A stretch of DNA of 13,803 nucleotides, taken from the NCBI GenBank assembly GCA_039630345.1, contig JBCNVD010000029.1, positions 1 through 13,803 on the forward strand, written 5' to 3'. This DNA comes from Aquificaceae bacterium (GTDB lineage: Bacteria > Aquificota > Aquificia > Aquificales > Aquificaceae). Position 1 is the first letter of the stretch. The number at the start of each line of letters is the position of its first letter. Shown one piece after another: positions 1-9,108 of the stretch. The position numbers and the translations under genes were made by a program. The notes beneath the pieces are model-generated. The model saw nothing but the letters and a program-made list of their open reading frames with translations. It did not search any database and was not told where the DNA came from.

Positions 1-51
1 GCTAAAAGGCAACAAAAGAAGATAGAAGATCAGTCCCCTCACCTTACTCAT
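1..51 (-). CDS. 5' fragment of a gene running off the left edge; hydrophobic N-terminus MSKVRGLIFYLLLLPFS (membrane or exported protein)
   Basis: ATG at 51 (-), open for 17 codons to position 1. Basic then hydrophobic residues. TATAAT boxes just upstream. Too short for the ORF track. Confidence 0.6.
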   Translation of the reverse strand, partial: MSKVRGLIFYLLLLPFS

Positions 52-60
52 AATCTAAAT

Positions 61-73
61 ATTATACATTATA
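61..73 (-). promoter_or_regulatory. Two TATAAT -10 hexamers (61-66, 68-73) upstream of the edge ORF
   Basis: Minus strand reads TATAAT-G-TATAAT-ATTTAGATT-ATG. No Shine-Dalgarno before the ATG at 51. Confidence 0.45.
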
Positions 74-96
74 AAACACCCCCAGGAAGGGGGCGT
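71..96 (-). terminator. Intrinsic terminator of the surface-protein gene
   Basis: Minus strand ACGCCCCC-TTCCT-GGGGGTGT-TTTAT: 8-bp GC-rich stem (one G-U) followed by a U-rich tail, 8 nt after the stop at 105. Confidence 0.7.
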
Positions 97-104
97 GGAG
101 AGAT

Positions 105-212
105 TTAGAATCTAAAGCGCCTTAGGGCAAAGAGCGCAGAAGCCAGAAGCAAAGAGAGAGCTCCTGAAGGTGCGGTGCTGGTCGAGCATCCGCCGCCACC
201 GCCGCTGCTACC
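105..212 (-). other. Coding segment for a tripartite C-terminal sorting signal (GGGGGC motif, TM helix, Arg cluster), JDVT-/MYXO-/Synerg-CTERM class
   Basis: Cys codon at 186-188 after five Gly, then hydrophobic ALSLLLASALFAL, then terminal RRFRF. Confidence 0.75.
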
Positions 213-1850
213 AGACTCTGCGGTCATAGGCTCTACGACTATAACAGGGTCTGAGATAAATCCAGGGCGGGTATCCGCATCAAGCGCGGTGTTATCATCA
301 ATTCTAAAGGTTATGACAGAACCCTGAATTTGCACCTGAGGGGTTATGTCAAGGGTTGTGTTGCCTACCAATTTTAGCACTCTGCTACCTTGAGGTATCG
401 GTTTGGGGTAGGTGTGGCGAACTGTTATGAAGCTAACGCCAGGTGGCAACTGAGCCTGGAAGCTGACAGCTCCAAAGGGGGACCTAAAGCCAGGCGGTAT
501 TTGCACATTCGAAGGCGTAGGCGAGTGGCTGATATTTGATGAGGGGACGCTTAGCTGAACGTTGATTGTGCCTGCAGAGGTTACGAGATTAATGTTAGTT
601 TCGCCTGAGCCACTGCCTGAGCCACTACCACTGCCTGAGCCACCGCTGCCGCCGCTGCCACCACCTGAGCCACCGCTGCCGCCACTGCTACTAGAAGTGA
701 AGTTAGCGGTGCAGGTTTTATTGCCCTCTATGTTGTTTAGGGTAAAGCTTGCATTTGTGCCTGTGCAATCTCCTGACCAGCTTTGGAATGTAAAACCTGA
801 GTTTGCGGATGCTGTTAAAGTCACACTGCCTTTATGGTCTACCTTGATAGGGCTTGAAGGCGAGACAGAGCCAGCGCCAGAGGGGCTAATATTGACCGTT
901 ACATCCCACACTACTTCATAAGCGCCAAGGTCGCACTTTTGACCTGTAAGATTTCGTGGGGCTCCTCGCTGGTCTTTGGTGATGCTTGCGTCGCAGGTAG
1001 TTAGTTGATTAATCGCTTCGGAGGTTGGCTGAAGCGGAATAACGCCAAGAGTTGCATCATAAGAACCAAATGCAATCTGCGCGAGGGTTTTTTGAGTATA
1101 AGAAGTGCAGTTTGTATTGCTTGTTACGAAAACATCACTGCCTGCGTAAGTGCCAGCCGAGCAAACATTGCCTGCGTTTGCGAAGATTGAATAAGAGGCA
1201 TTTACGCTACCGCCAGTTAGATTAAAAATCTTGCCAGAGGAGTTTTCGCTAACCGTTACATGCTTGAGAGTTACACTACCTCCTGAAATAGAAAATAAAG
1301 AATCACCGAAGGTATTATCATGAAAAGTGGAGTTGATTATGTTAAGAGTGCCACTGCTTTGGATGATTTTGCCATTAGCTGCTGTGGCTTTGCACTGGTA
1401 AAGAGTTACTCTCTCCATAACTACTGTTCCTGAGTTATTAAGTAAAGAGAGTGAACCACTGCTATTGTGGGTTATGATGAGGTTTTTGAGAGTCAGGGTT
1501 TTACCGGAATTTACGGTGAAGATATGAGCGCTTCCTCCACCTGTGGTTATTTTTATAGGAGCGCCTGAACCTCCGTCGATGGTTACATCTGAGTTAATGG
1601 TGTAATGTGAGCTCAATGAGGGCAGGGTAGCAGGTCCGGTAAAAGATGATGCAAAGTTTATAATATGAGCACCTGAACCGGCAGGGGCACAACCAGATGA
1701 TGCTATGGCAACACCAGTCGCTCTCTTAAGCGCATGGTCAAGACAACAAGTTGAAGCACCGCAGGTGTCGCTATCAACCGTTATTGTAGTAGCACCAAAC
1801 GCGGAAACAAAAGGCAAAGTCAAAATCCCGCTTAGCAAAAGTCTTTTCAT
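105..1850 (-). CDS. Secreted surface protein (581 aa): CSLREA-like motif, beta-helix region, choice-of-anchor Q, InlB-B/Flg_new-like repeat, Gly/Ser linker, choice-of-anchor U, Cys-containing C-terminal sorting signal
   Basis: Start moved from GTG 1859 to ATG 1850 because AGGAGGT lies 7 nt upstream. Signal peptide MKRLLLSGILTLPFVSAFG. Motifs: TITVDSD..CCLDHALKRA (CSLREA-like); PTSEAIN..C...DQRGAPR...CDLGAYE (anchor Q); GAGSVS..VTLTASANSGFTFQSWSGDC (B-repeat); PFGAVSF..ITFRIDDNTALDAD..GFISDP (anchor U); ends SSGGGGGCSTSTAPSGALSLLLASALFALRRFRF. Confidence 0.85.
   Translation of the reverse strand: MKRLLLSGILTLPFVSAFGATTITVDSDTCGASTCCLDHALKRATGVAIASSGCAPAGSGAHIINFASSFTGPATLPSLSSHYTINSDVTIDGGSGAPIKITTGGGSAHIFTVNSGKTLTLKNLIITHNSSGSLSLLNNSGTVVMERVTLYQCKATAANGKIIQSSGTLNIINSTFHDNTFGDSLFSISGGSVTLKHVTVSENSSGKIFNLTGGSVNASYSIFANAGNVCSAGTYAGSDVFVTSNTNCTSYTQKTLAQIAFGSYDATLGVIPLQPTSEAINQLTTCDASITKDQRGAPRNLTGQKCDLGAYEVVWDVTVNISPSGAGSVSPSSPIKVDHKGSVTLTASANSGFTFQSWSGDCTGTNASFTLNNIEGNKTCTANFTSSSSGGSGGSGGGSGGSGGSGSGSGSGSGSGETNINLVTSAGTINVQLSVPSSNISHSPTPSNVQIPPGFRSPFGAVSFQAQLPPGVSFITVRHTYPKPIPQGSRVLKLVGNTTLDITPQVQIQGSVITFRIDDNTALDADTRPGFISDPVIVVEPMTAESGSSGGGGGCSTSTAPSGALSLLLASALFALRRFRF
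603..693. repeat. Intragenic tandem repeats encoding the Gly/Ser linker
   Basis: GCCTGAGCCACT x2 (603-614, 615-626) and a 30-bp unit starting CCTGAGCCACCGCTGCCGCC x2 (634-663, 664-693). Confidence 0.85.
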
Positions 1851-1857
1851 TTTTTCC

Positions 1858-1884
1858 ACCTCCTTTATGTATGTGGTTATTATA
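1858..1884 (-). promoter_or_regulatory. -10 box (TATAAT, 1879-1884) and RBS (AGGAGGT, 1858-1864) of the surface-protein gene
   Basis: Direct motif match. It overlaps a plus-strand TATACT (1881-1886) that could serve gspF. No good -35 seen. Confidence 0.55.
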
Positions 1885-1904
1885 CTCTTCGAGGTTTGTA
1901 AATT

Positions 1905-2951
1905 TTGCGTGAAAAAATCTTTAAAAGAGGCATTGACAAAGAAGAGCTTGGCTTTACGCTAATTCAGCTTGGGGGATTGCTTGGCTCTGGTTTGACGCTC
2001 TCTCAGGCCTTAGAGAGCGTCTCTTTGCAAACAGAGAATCAAAAGCTTAAGAGAGCTCTTGAGAGATTAAAAACTTCTATAGAGAGAGGAGAGCCTCTGA
2101 GGGTAGCGGTTGCCAAAGTTGGGGTATTTCCAGAGTTTTTGCCGGGAGCTTTGGCAGTTGCAGAAAGGGGCGAAGGGCTTGAGAGAGTTCTTACTTTAGC
2201 TGGTGAGAGCCTAAGAAGAGAGGCGCAAAACAGGGCAAGGCTTTTAAATGCGCTGTCTTATCCTGCCTTTGTGATTTTTGCAAGCGTTGTTTCTGTTTTG
2301 ATAGTTGCAAGGCTTGTTGTGCCAAAGATTGAGGGGGTTTTAAGCTCTATTGGTAAAGAGTTGCCCCTTATTACCAAAGGGGTTTTGCTGGTTGCGAATT
2401 TAGTGGGGCTGTTGGTTTATTTTATACCTTTGATAGCTCTGGTTTTTGTATTCAGGCACAGGATATTTGGCAAAGAAAGAGTGGCAAAATGGGCCTTGGA
2501 GCTTCCAATAGCCGGGAAAATAGGGCTTTACTATGAGCTTGCCAGGTTTGCAGGAAGTTTGAGACTTGGGCTTTTATCGGGGCTTTCTATAACCAGAGCT
2601 CTTGAGCTGGCTGTTGACAGTCTTTCGAATGCTTATCTTAAGTCAAAACTTAGAGGTATAGATTTAGAGGTTGCAAAAGGAAGAGCGATAAGCAAGGCTC
2701 TATCTTCAAGAGAGGTTATTCCGGGGCTTTTTATAAGCCTTTTGTCAACTGGTGAAAGGGGCGGGGAAATTGAGAAGATGCTTGGCATTATTGAAGAGAC
2801 TTACGAGGCACAGGCAAGGAGGGCTATAGAGCTGTGGCTGAGGTTTGTTGAGCCTGTTGCGATGATAGTTGTTGGGGCAATAGTTGCGCTGGTGGTTTTG
2901 AGCGTTGTTTTGCCTTTAAGCGAGGTATCAGGGGGAGCAAATGCGCCGTAA
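1905..2951 (+). CDS. gspF: Type II secretion system F family protein (GspF/PilC inner-membrane platform), N-terminally short
   Basis: Two T2SSF repeats: QLGGLLGSGLTLSQAL..IERGEPL..FPEFL..AERGEGLE..ALSYP-TM-VVPK, then LLSGLSITRAL..VAKGRAIS..GERGGEIEKML..VEP-TM-LPL. TTG start with GAGG at 1891-1894; exact start uncertain. GspF versus PilC cannot be settled by eye. Confidence 0.85.
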   Translation: MREKIFKRGIDKEELGFTLIQLGGLLGSGLTLSQALESVSLQTENQKLKRALERLKTSIERGEPLRVAVAKVGVFPEFLPGALAVAERGEGLERVLTLAGESLRREAQNRARLLNALSYPAFVIFASVVSVLIVARLVVPKIEGVLSSIGKELPLITKGVLLVANLVGLLVYFIPLIALVFVFRHRIFGKERVAKWALELPIAGKIGLYYELARFAGSLRLGLLSGLSITRALELAVDSLSNAYLKSKLRGIDLEVAKGRAISKALSSREVIPGLFISLLSTGERGGEIEKMLGIIEETYEAQARRAIELWLRFVEPVAMIVVGAIVALVVLSVVLPLSEVSGGANAP

Positions 2952-2960
2952 GGCGCGATT
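2940..2960 (+). terminator. Hairpin over the gspF stop codon (putative terminator)
   Basis: AAT-GCGCC-GTAA-GGCGC-G-ATT: GNRA tetraloop stem followed by AT-rich TAATAATTTTT. Confidence 0.45.
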
Positions 2961-3641
2961 TAATAATTTTTATGAGATTAGGGGTGAATATAGACCATGT
3001 TGCCACCTTAAGACAGGTAAGGAGGGCTAAAGAGCCAAGTGCGGTCTTTGCAGGGCTGATAGCGTGGCAGGCGGGGGCTGATTTAATTACCCTGCATGTA
3101 AGAGAAGATAGAAGGCACGTTCAGGAAGAGGACCTTGAGCTGCTTTGTAGACTGGTGGGGTTTGTAAACCTTGAGATGGCGCCAAGAGAAGAGATGATTG
3201 AGATGGCGCTAAGGCATAGACCAAGGAGGGCAACCCTTGTGCCAGAGAGAAGAGAGGAGTTAACCACCGAAGGTGGGCTTGATGTAAAGAATTTATCAAA
3301 AGAGCTTGAAAGAGTGCTAAGGGCTTTAAAAGAGGGGGGGCTTGAGGTTTGTGCTTTTATAGAACCGGATGTTTCTCAGGTTGAAAGAGCCAGGGAGCTT
3401 GGATTTGACGCGGTGGAGCTACATACGGGAAATTTTGCAAACCTTTTTGCCATTGGGGATTTTAAAGGAGTTGAAAGAGAGATTGAGAGTTTAACATTAG
3501 CCGCCAAGAGGGCTAAAGAGCTAAATCTTTCGCTTTATGCAGGGCATGGGTTAAATTTAAAGAACTTAAAGCTATTTGTAGATAAGTTTAAAGGGCTTGT
3601 GGAAGAGGTGAATATAGGTCATTCCATAGTTTCAAATGCGG

Positions 3642-5766
<2,125 letters not shown>

Positions 5767-7209
5767 CTAAATCCTCTGCCAGCGCGTGCCAGACGGGGTA
5801 TCCTCAAGGGCTATACCAAGACTCTTTAGCCCATCTCTTATAAGGTCTGCTGTTTTGTAATCTTTACTTAAACGCGCGCTTTCGCGCGCAGAGATTAAGA
5901 GCTCTATTAGCTTCATATCATCCTGACCGCTTAATAGGCTTTTTTCCTCATAAGGTCTTTCCAAAAGACCAAAGACGCTTTTGAGGGTTTTTTCTAAAAA
6001 GTTTGTGCACTCTTCATACTCTTCGAGAGTTTTTGCTGATATGGAGTTTTTCTGAAGACTCTCTGTCTTTGCTTTTCCAAGGGCAGAAACGAGATTAAAA
6101 ATAGCACCTAGAGCTCCCGGGGTGTTAAAGTCTTCTGAGAGCGCGCTGAAAAATTCCTGACGGGTTTTTTCAAGAATCTCAAGAAGGTTTGGACCGCTAT
6201 CCTGGGTCTTATTTAGCTTCTTAAGCTGGTCAAGACCTTCTATGGATTCTTTTATGCGCCGATAGGCGCGCTTTGTCTCTTCCATCTTTTCCCAGGAAAA
6301 GTCAAGAGGGCTACGATAGTGTGTAAAAAGAACCAGAAGCCTGAGAACATCCGCCGGGTATCTGGATAGGACTTCTTTTATGGTTACAAAGTTCCCGAGG
6401 GATTTGGACATCTTCTGTCCCTGAACGGTGACAAGACCGTTGTGAAGCCAGTATCTGGCAAAGGTTCTACCTGTGATGGCCTCGGCCTGGGCTATTTCGT
6501 TTTCGTGATGGGGAAAGGTCAGGTCCAGTCCTCCACCGTGGATGTCTATGCTCTCGCCAAGGTGTTTGAAAATCATCGCAACGCATTCTGTGTGCCAGCC
6601 CGGGCGCCCAGGTCCCCAGGGTGAGTCAAAAGAGGGCTCTCCTAATTTTGCACTTTTCCAGAGAGCAAAGTCCATAGGGTCTTGCTTGTTTTCAGAGGGT
6701 TCTATTCTGGCACCTGCCTGGAGCTCTTCAGGGTCTTTGCCTGATAGCTTGCCGTAAGAGGGGAACTTCCTGACCCTGTAATAAACATCCCCGCCGCTTT
6801 CGTAGGCAAAGCCAAGATCTATTAGCTTTTTTATAACGGATATTATCTCCGGGATGTGCTCGCTGACTCTTGGCTCTACATCAGCGGGTTTTACATTCAG
6901 AGCTTCCATGTCCTGATAGTAGCTGGCTATGTAGCGGTTGGCAATGTTCATAAAGCCAGTATCTTCCTGTTTTGCCCTGTTTATTATCTTGTCGTCAATG
7001 TCTGTAAAGTTTCTTATAAACACTACTCTGTAGCCAAGGTATTCTAAATACCTGCGAAAGCAGTCAAAGACTATCAGGCTTCTGGCATGTCCTACATGAG
7101 AGTCGTCGTAAACCGTCACTCCGCAGGTATAGATACTAACTTTTGGAGGATTAATGGGGACAAACTCTTCGATCCTGGAAGTGAGGGTGTTATAAATTTT
7201 TAAGCTCAT
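5767..7209 (-). CDS. cysS: Cysteine--tRNA ligase (480 aa)
   Basis: [74 protein letters not shown]. Start moved to ATG 7209 ([10 protein letters not shown], canonical N-terminus), which removes the overlap with the divergent gene. Confidence 0.97.
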   Translation of the reverse strand: MSLKIYNTLTSRIEEFVPINPPKVSIYTCGVTVYDDSHVGHARSLIVFDCFRRYLEYLGYRVVFIRNFTDIDDKIINRAKQEDTGFMNIANRYIASYYQDMEALNVKPADVEPRVSEHIPEIISVIKKLIDLGFAYESGGDVYYRVRKFPSYGKLSGKDPEELQAGARIEPSENKQDPMDFALWKSAKLGEPSFDSPWGPGRPGWHTECVAMIFKHLGESIDIHGGGLDLTFPHHENEIAQAEAITGRTFARYWLHNGLVTVQGQKMSKSLGNFVTIKEVLSRYPADVLRLLVLFTHYRSPLDFSWEKMEETKRAYRRIKESIEGLDQLKKLNKTQDSGPNLLEILEKTRQEFFSALSEDFNTPGALGAIFNLVSALGKAKTESLQKNSISAKTLEEYEECTNFLEKTLKSVFGLLERPYEEKSLLSGQDDMKLIELLISARESARLSKDYKTADLIRDGLKSLGIALEDTPSGTRWQRI

Positions 7210-7216
7210 GAGATTA

Positions 7217-7222
7217 ATTTTA
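7217..7222 (-). promoter_or_regulatory. Putative -10 box TAAAAT, 7 nt before the cysS ATG (leaderless-type)
   Basis: Minus strand TAAAAT-TAATCTC-ATG; no SD. Confidence 0.45.
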
Positions 7223-7236
7223 TTCTGGAGAGAGCC

Positions 7237-7662
7237 ATGGAGATAATAAAGTTGCATGCGGCAGTGGTTCACTTTGGTATTGCCATACCCTTTGGGCTAC
7301 TTTTTATGGAGATATTTTACAGAGTCTCAAAGCGCCAGATAGATGGGCTATATATAGGATTTTCTCTGCTTGCAAGTATTAGCGTCATTTTATCTACCTT
7401 AAGCGGGATAATATCCTATGAGCCCATAGAGGATAAACTCTACCAGATACCCATTTTTGAGACGCACAAAATTCTGGGACTCTTTACAGCAGGGGTTTTT
7501 GCTCTACTTGGTCTTTTAGCAGTTTTGAAAAAACATAGTTTTTTAAGCGCGGTTCTTGTGTTTGGTTGTATATTGCTTTTAATTCAGGGCTGGCTTGGCG
7601 GGTCGGTCGTTTATGACCATATGGTAAAGCCCTGGATTAAAGCCCCCATAAACCCTTCTTAG
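7237..7662 (+). CDS. DUF2231-like four-TM membrane protein
   Basis: [11 protein letters not shown] (cf. HPxxVHFPIA), mid-protein ETHKILG and C-terminal [12 protein letters not shown]; four hydrophobic segments; GGAG RBS at 7227-7230. Confidence 0.75.
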   Translation: MEIIKLHAAVVHFGIAIPFGLLFMEIFYRVSKRQIDGLYIGFSLLASISVILSTLSGIISYEPIEDKLYQIPIFETHKILGLFTAGVFALLGLLAVLKKHSFLSAVLVFGCILLLIQGWLGGSVVYDHMVKPWIKAPINPS

Positions 7663-8179
7663 ACTCTCTTGCCCTCCTTTGAGCTTCTAGCAAAATGTCT
7701 TGATATTTTACATTTGGCGGAATGGTTAAAACCTGCGCATAGCCCTCTTCTATGATGATTTCGTTAAGCATTCTGCCATTTTCAAGCCAGACATAAGCAA
7801 GCATTCTGCCATATTTATCAACTGGCTGGACATCCTGCTCTAAAAAGACTCTCATGCCGGGCTTTAGAGTGTTTTTGGTAAATTCTGCAGAAATTTTTCC
7901 GAGGCGGATGATTTCATCAACTGAAACCCCCTGACGCTCGGCGTCTCTATGGGCTTTTCTGTTTGCAGAACTCTCAGGGGTATCAATGCCTAACATTCTT
8001 ACCTTGATTTCCTGCTGTGAAACGCTGATGCATGAGAATGTATCACCATCGAAGACTTTTACTATCTTACACTCTATAGCCTCGGGCGGGATAGAGGTCG
8101 GTCTCTTGGTTTCACTCCTTGAGCAGGAAATCAAAGAAAAAAGGATTAAAATAATCAAAAGATATTTAAAAGCTCTCAT
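7637..8179 (-). CDS. Thermonuclease (SNase) family lipoprotein
   Basis: Lipoprotein signal [66 protein letters not shown]. Confidence 0.92.
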   Translation of the reverse strand: MRAFKYLLIILILFSLISCSRSETKRPTSIPPEAIECKIVKVFDGDTFSCISVSQQEIKVRMLGIDTPESSANRKAHRDAERQGVSVDEIIRLGKISAEFTKNTLKPGMRVFLEQDVQPVDKYGRMLAYVWLENGRMLNEIIIEEGYAQVLTIPPNVKYQDILLEAQRRARESKKGLWGL

Positions 8180-8186
8180 GTGGAAA

Positions 8187-8192
8187 ATTATA
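8187..8192 (-). promoter_or_regulatory. Putative -10 box TATAAT, 7 nt before the nuclease ATG (leaderless-type)
   Basis: Minus strand TATAAT-TTTCCAC-ATG; no SD; weak -35 TTTTCA at 8211-8216. Confidence 0.5.
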
Positions 8193-8205
8193 AGAGGAAG
8201 TTTTG

Positions 8206-9075
8206 GTGGTTGAAAAGTTTGTTCTTGGCACTGCTAATTTTGGTATGGAATATGGAATAGCGTGTGGAAGAAAACTAAGCAAACAAGAAGCGTTTGAGAT
8301 ACTTGATATAGCTCTCTTTAGAGGAATATGGGGCGTGGATACTGCTGTTGCATATGGAGAAGCCCACAATGTGCTTGGTGAATATGTAAGGCAAAAGCAC
8401 AAGAGTTTCAGAGTAATAACCAAGTTACCTGCATGGGATTATCAATCATGCGAAGACGTCTATTCTCTAGTTATAAAAAGCCTTGAAACTCTTGGCATTC
8501 CAAAGTTGAAAGTCCTTATGATTCATTCGTTTCAGACATTTACAAAATATAAAGATTTTTTAATTAAATGCCTCAAAAATCTTAAAAAAAGAGAGCTTAT
8601 AGAAAATTACGGCATTTCTGTATATCATCCAGAGGAGGTGTTTGAATTTTATAAATTTACTGAGGAGTCTTTTGCAGTAGAGTTTCCAATAAATGTCTTC
8701 GACAGGAGGTTTTTACCATATCTTAAAAGCTGGAAAGGTGATGGTCTTGAGCTGTTTGCCCGCTCTATCTTCTTACAGGGTCTTTTCTTTCTTGAAGAGG
8801 AGAAGCTAAAAGGGGTTTTTCAAAGAGTTAAAAACAAGATAATCAGCTTAAGAGAGTTGTCTAAAGAGTTTAATATAAGTGTTGCATGTATTTGTCTTAA
8901 CTTTGTAGCCAGTTTTGAAGAGCTAGACGGAATCGTAGTAGGAGTTGATAACCCACAACAACTTATTAATAACTTTCAATGTCTTGAAAAACGCATAAAT
9001 CTGGAAGACAAACTAAGGGCATTTGAAGTAAAAGATGAAGATATACTTTTGCCATACAGGTGGTATGCTTTCTAA
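8206..9075 (+). CDS. Aldo/keto reductase
   Basis: LGTANFG, DTAVAYG (Asp/Tyr), ITKL (Lys), LMIHS (His), YGISVY, PINVFDRR, RSIFLQGL, VVGVDNPQQL. GTG 8206 preferred over TTG 8203 by spacing from GAGGA (8194-8198). Confidence 0.88.
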   Translation: MVEKFVLGTANFGMEYGIACGRKLSKQEAFEILDIALFRGIWGVDTAVAYGEAHNVLGEYVRQKHKSFRVITKLPAWDYQSCEDVYSLVIKSLETLGIPKLKVLMIHSFQTFTKYKDFLIKCLKNLKKRELIENYGISVYHPEEVFEFYKFTEESFAVEFPINVFDRRFLPYLKSWKGDGLELFARSIFLQGLFFLEEEKLKGVFQRVKNKIISLRELSKEFNISVACICLNFVASFEELDGIVVGVDNPQQLINNFQCLEKRINLEDKLRAFEVKDEDILLPYRWYAF

Positions 9076-9108
9076 ATTTAAAGCACGCTTTATAAAAGGT
9101 GAGGAAAC

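Noticed and set aside
603..693. CRISPR-like repeat array
   Set aside because: Repeats are adjacent without unique spacers, lie within a CDS, and no cas genes are present.
562..921. 119-aa Pro/Leu-rich plus-strand ORF
   Set aside because: Antisense shadow of the Gly/Ser linker codons of the surface protein; no RBS.
1851..1859. GTG start at 1859 given by the ORF track
   Set aside because: It overlaps the AGGAGGT RBS; ATG 1850 has ideal spacing and gives a clean signal peptide.
3334..3340. G7 homopolymer as a phase-variation tract
   Set aside because: Short, in frame, inside housekeeping pdxJ; simply encodes Glu-Gly-Gly.
7210..7272. 21-aa N-terminal extension of CysS
   Set aside because: It overlaps the divergent gene; the canonical CysS N-terminus begins at ATG 7209.
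7637..8179. Nuclease as part of an anti-phage or toxin-antitoxin system with the DUF2231 gene
   Set aside because: The genes are convergent rather than operonic, the nuclease is an exported lipoprotein, and there is no defence-island context.
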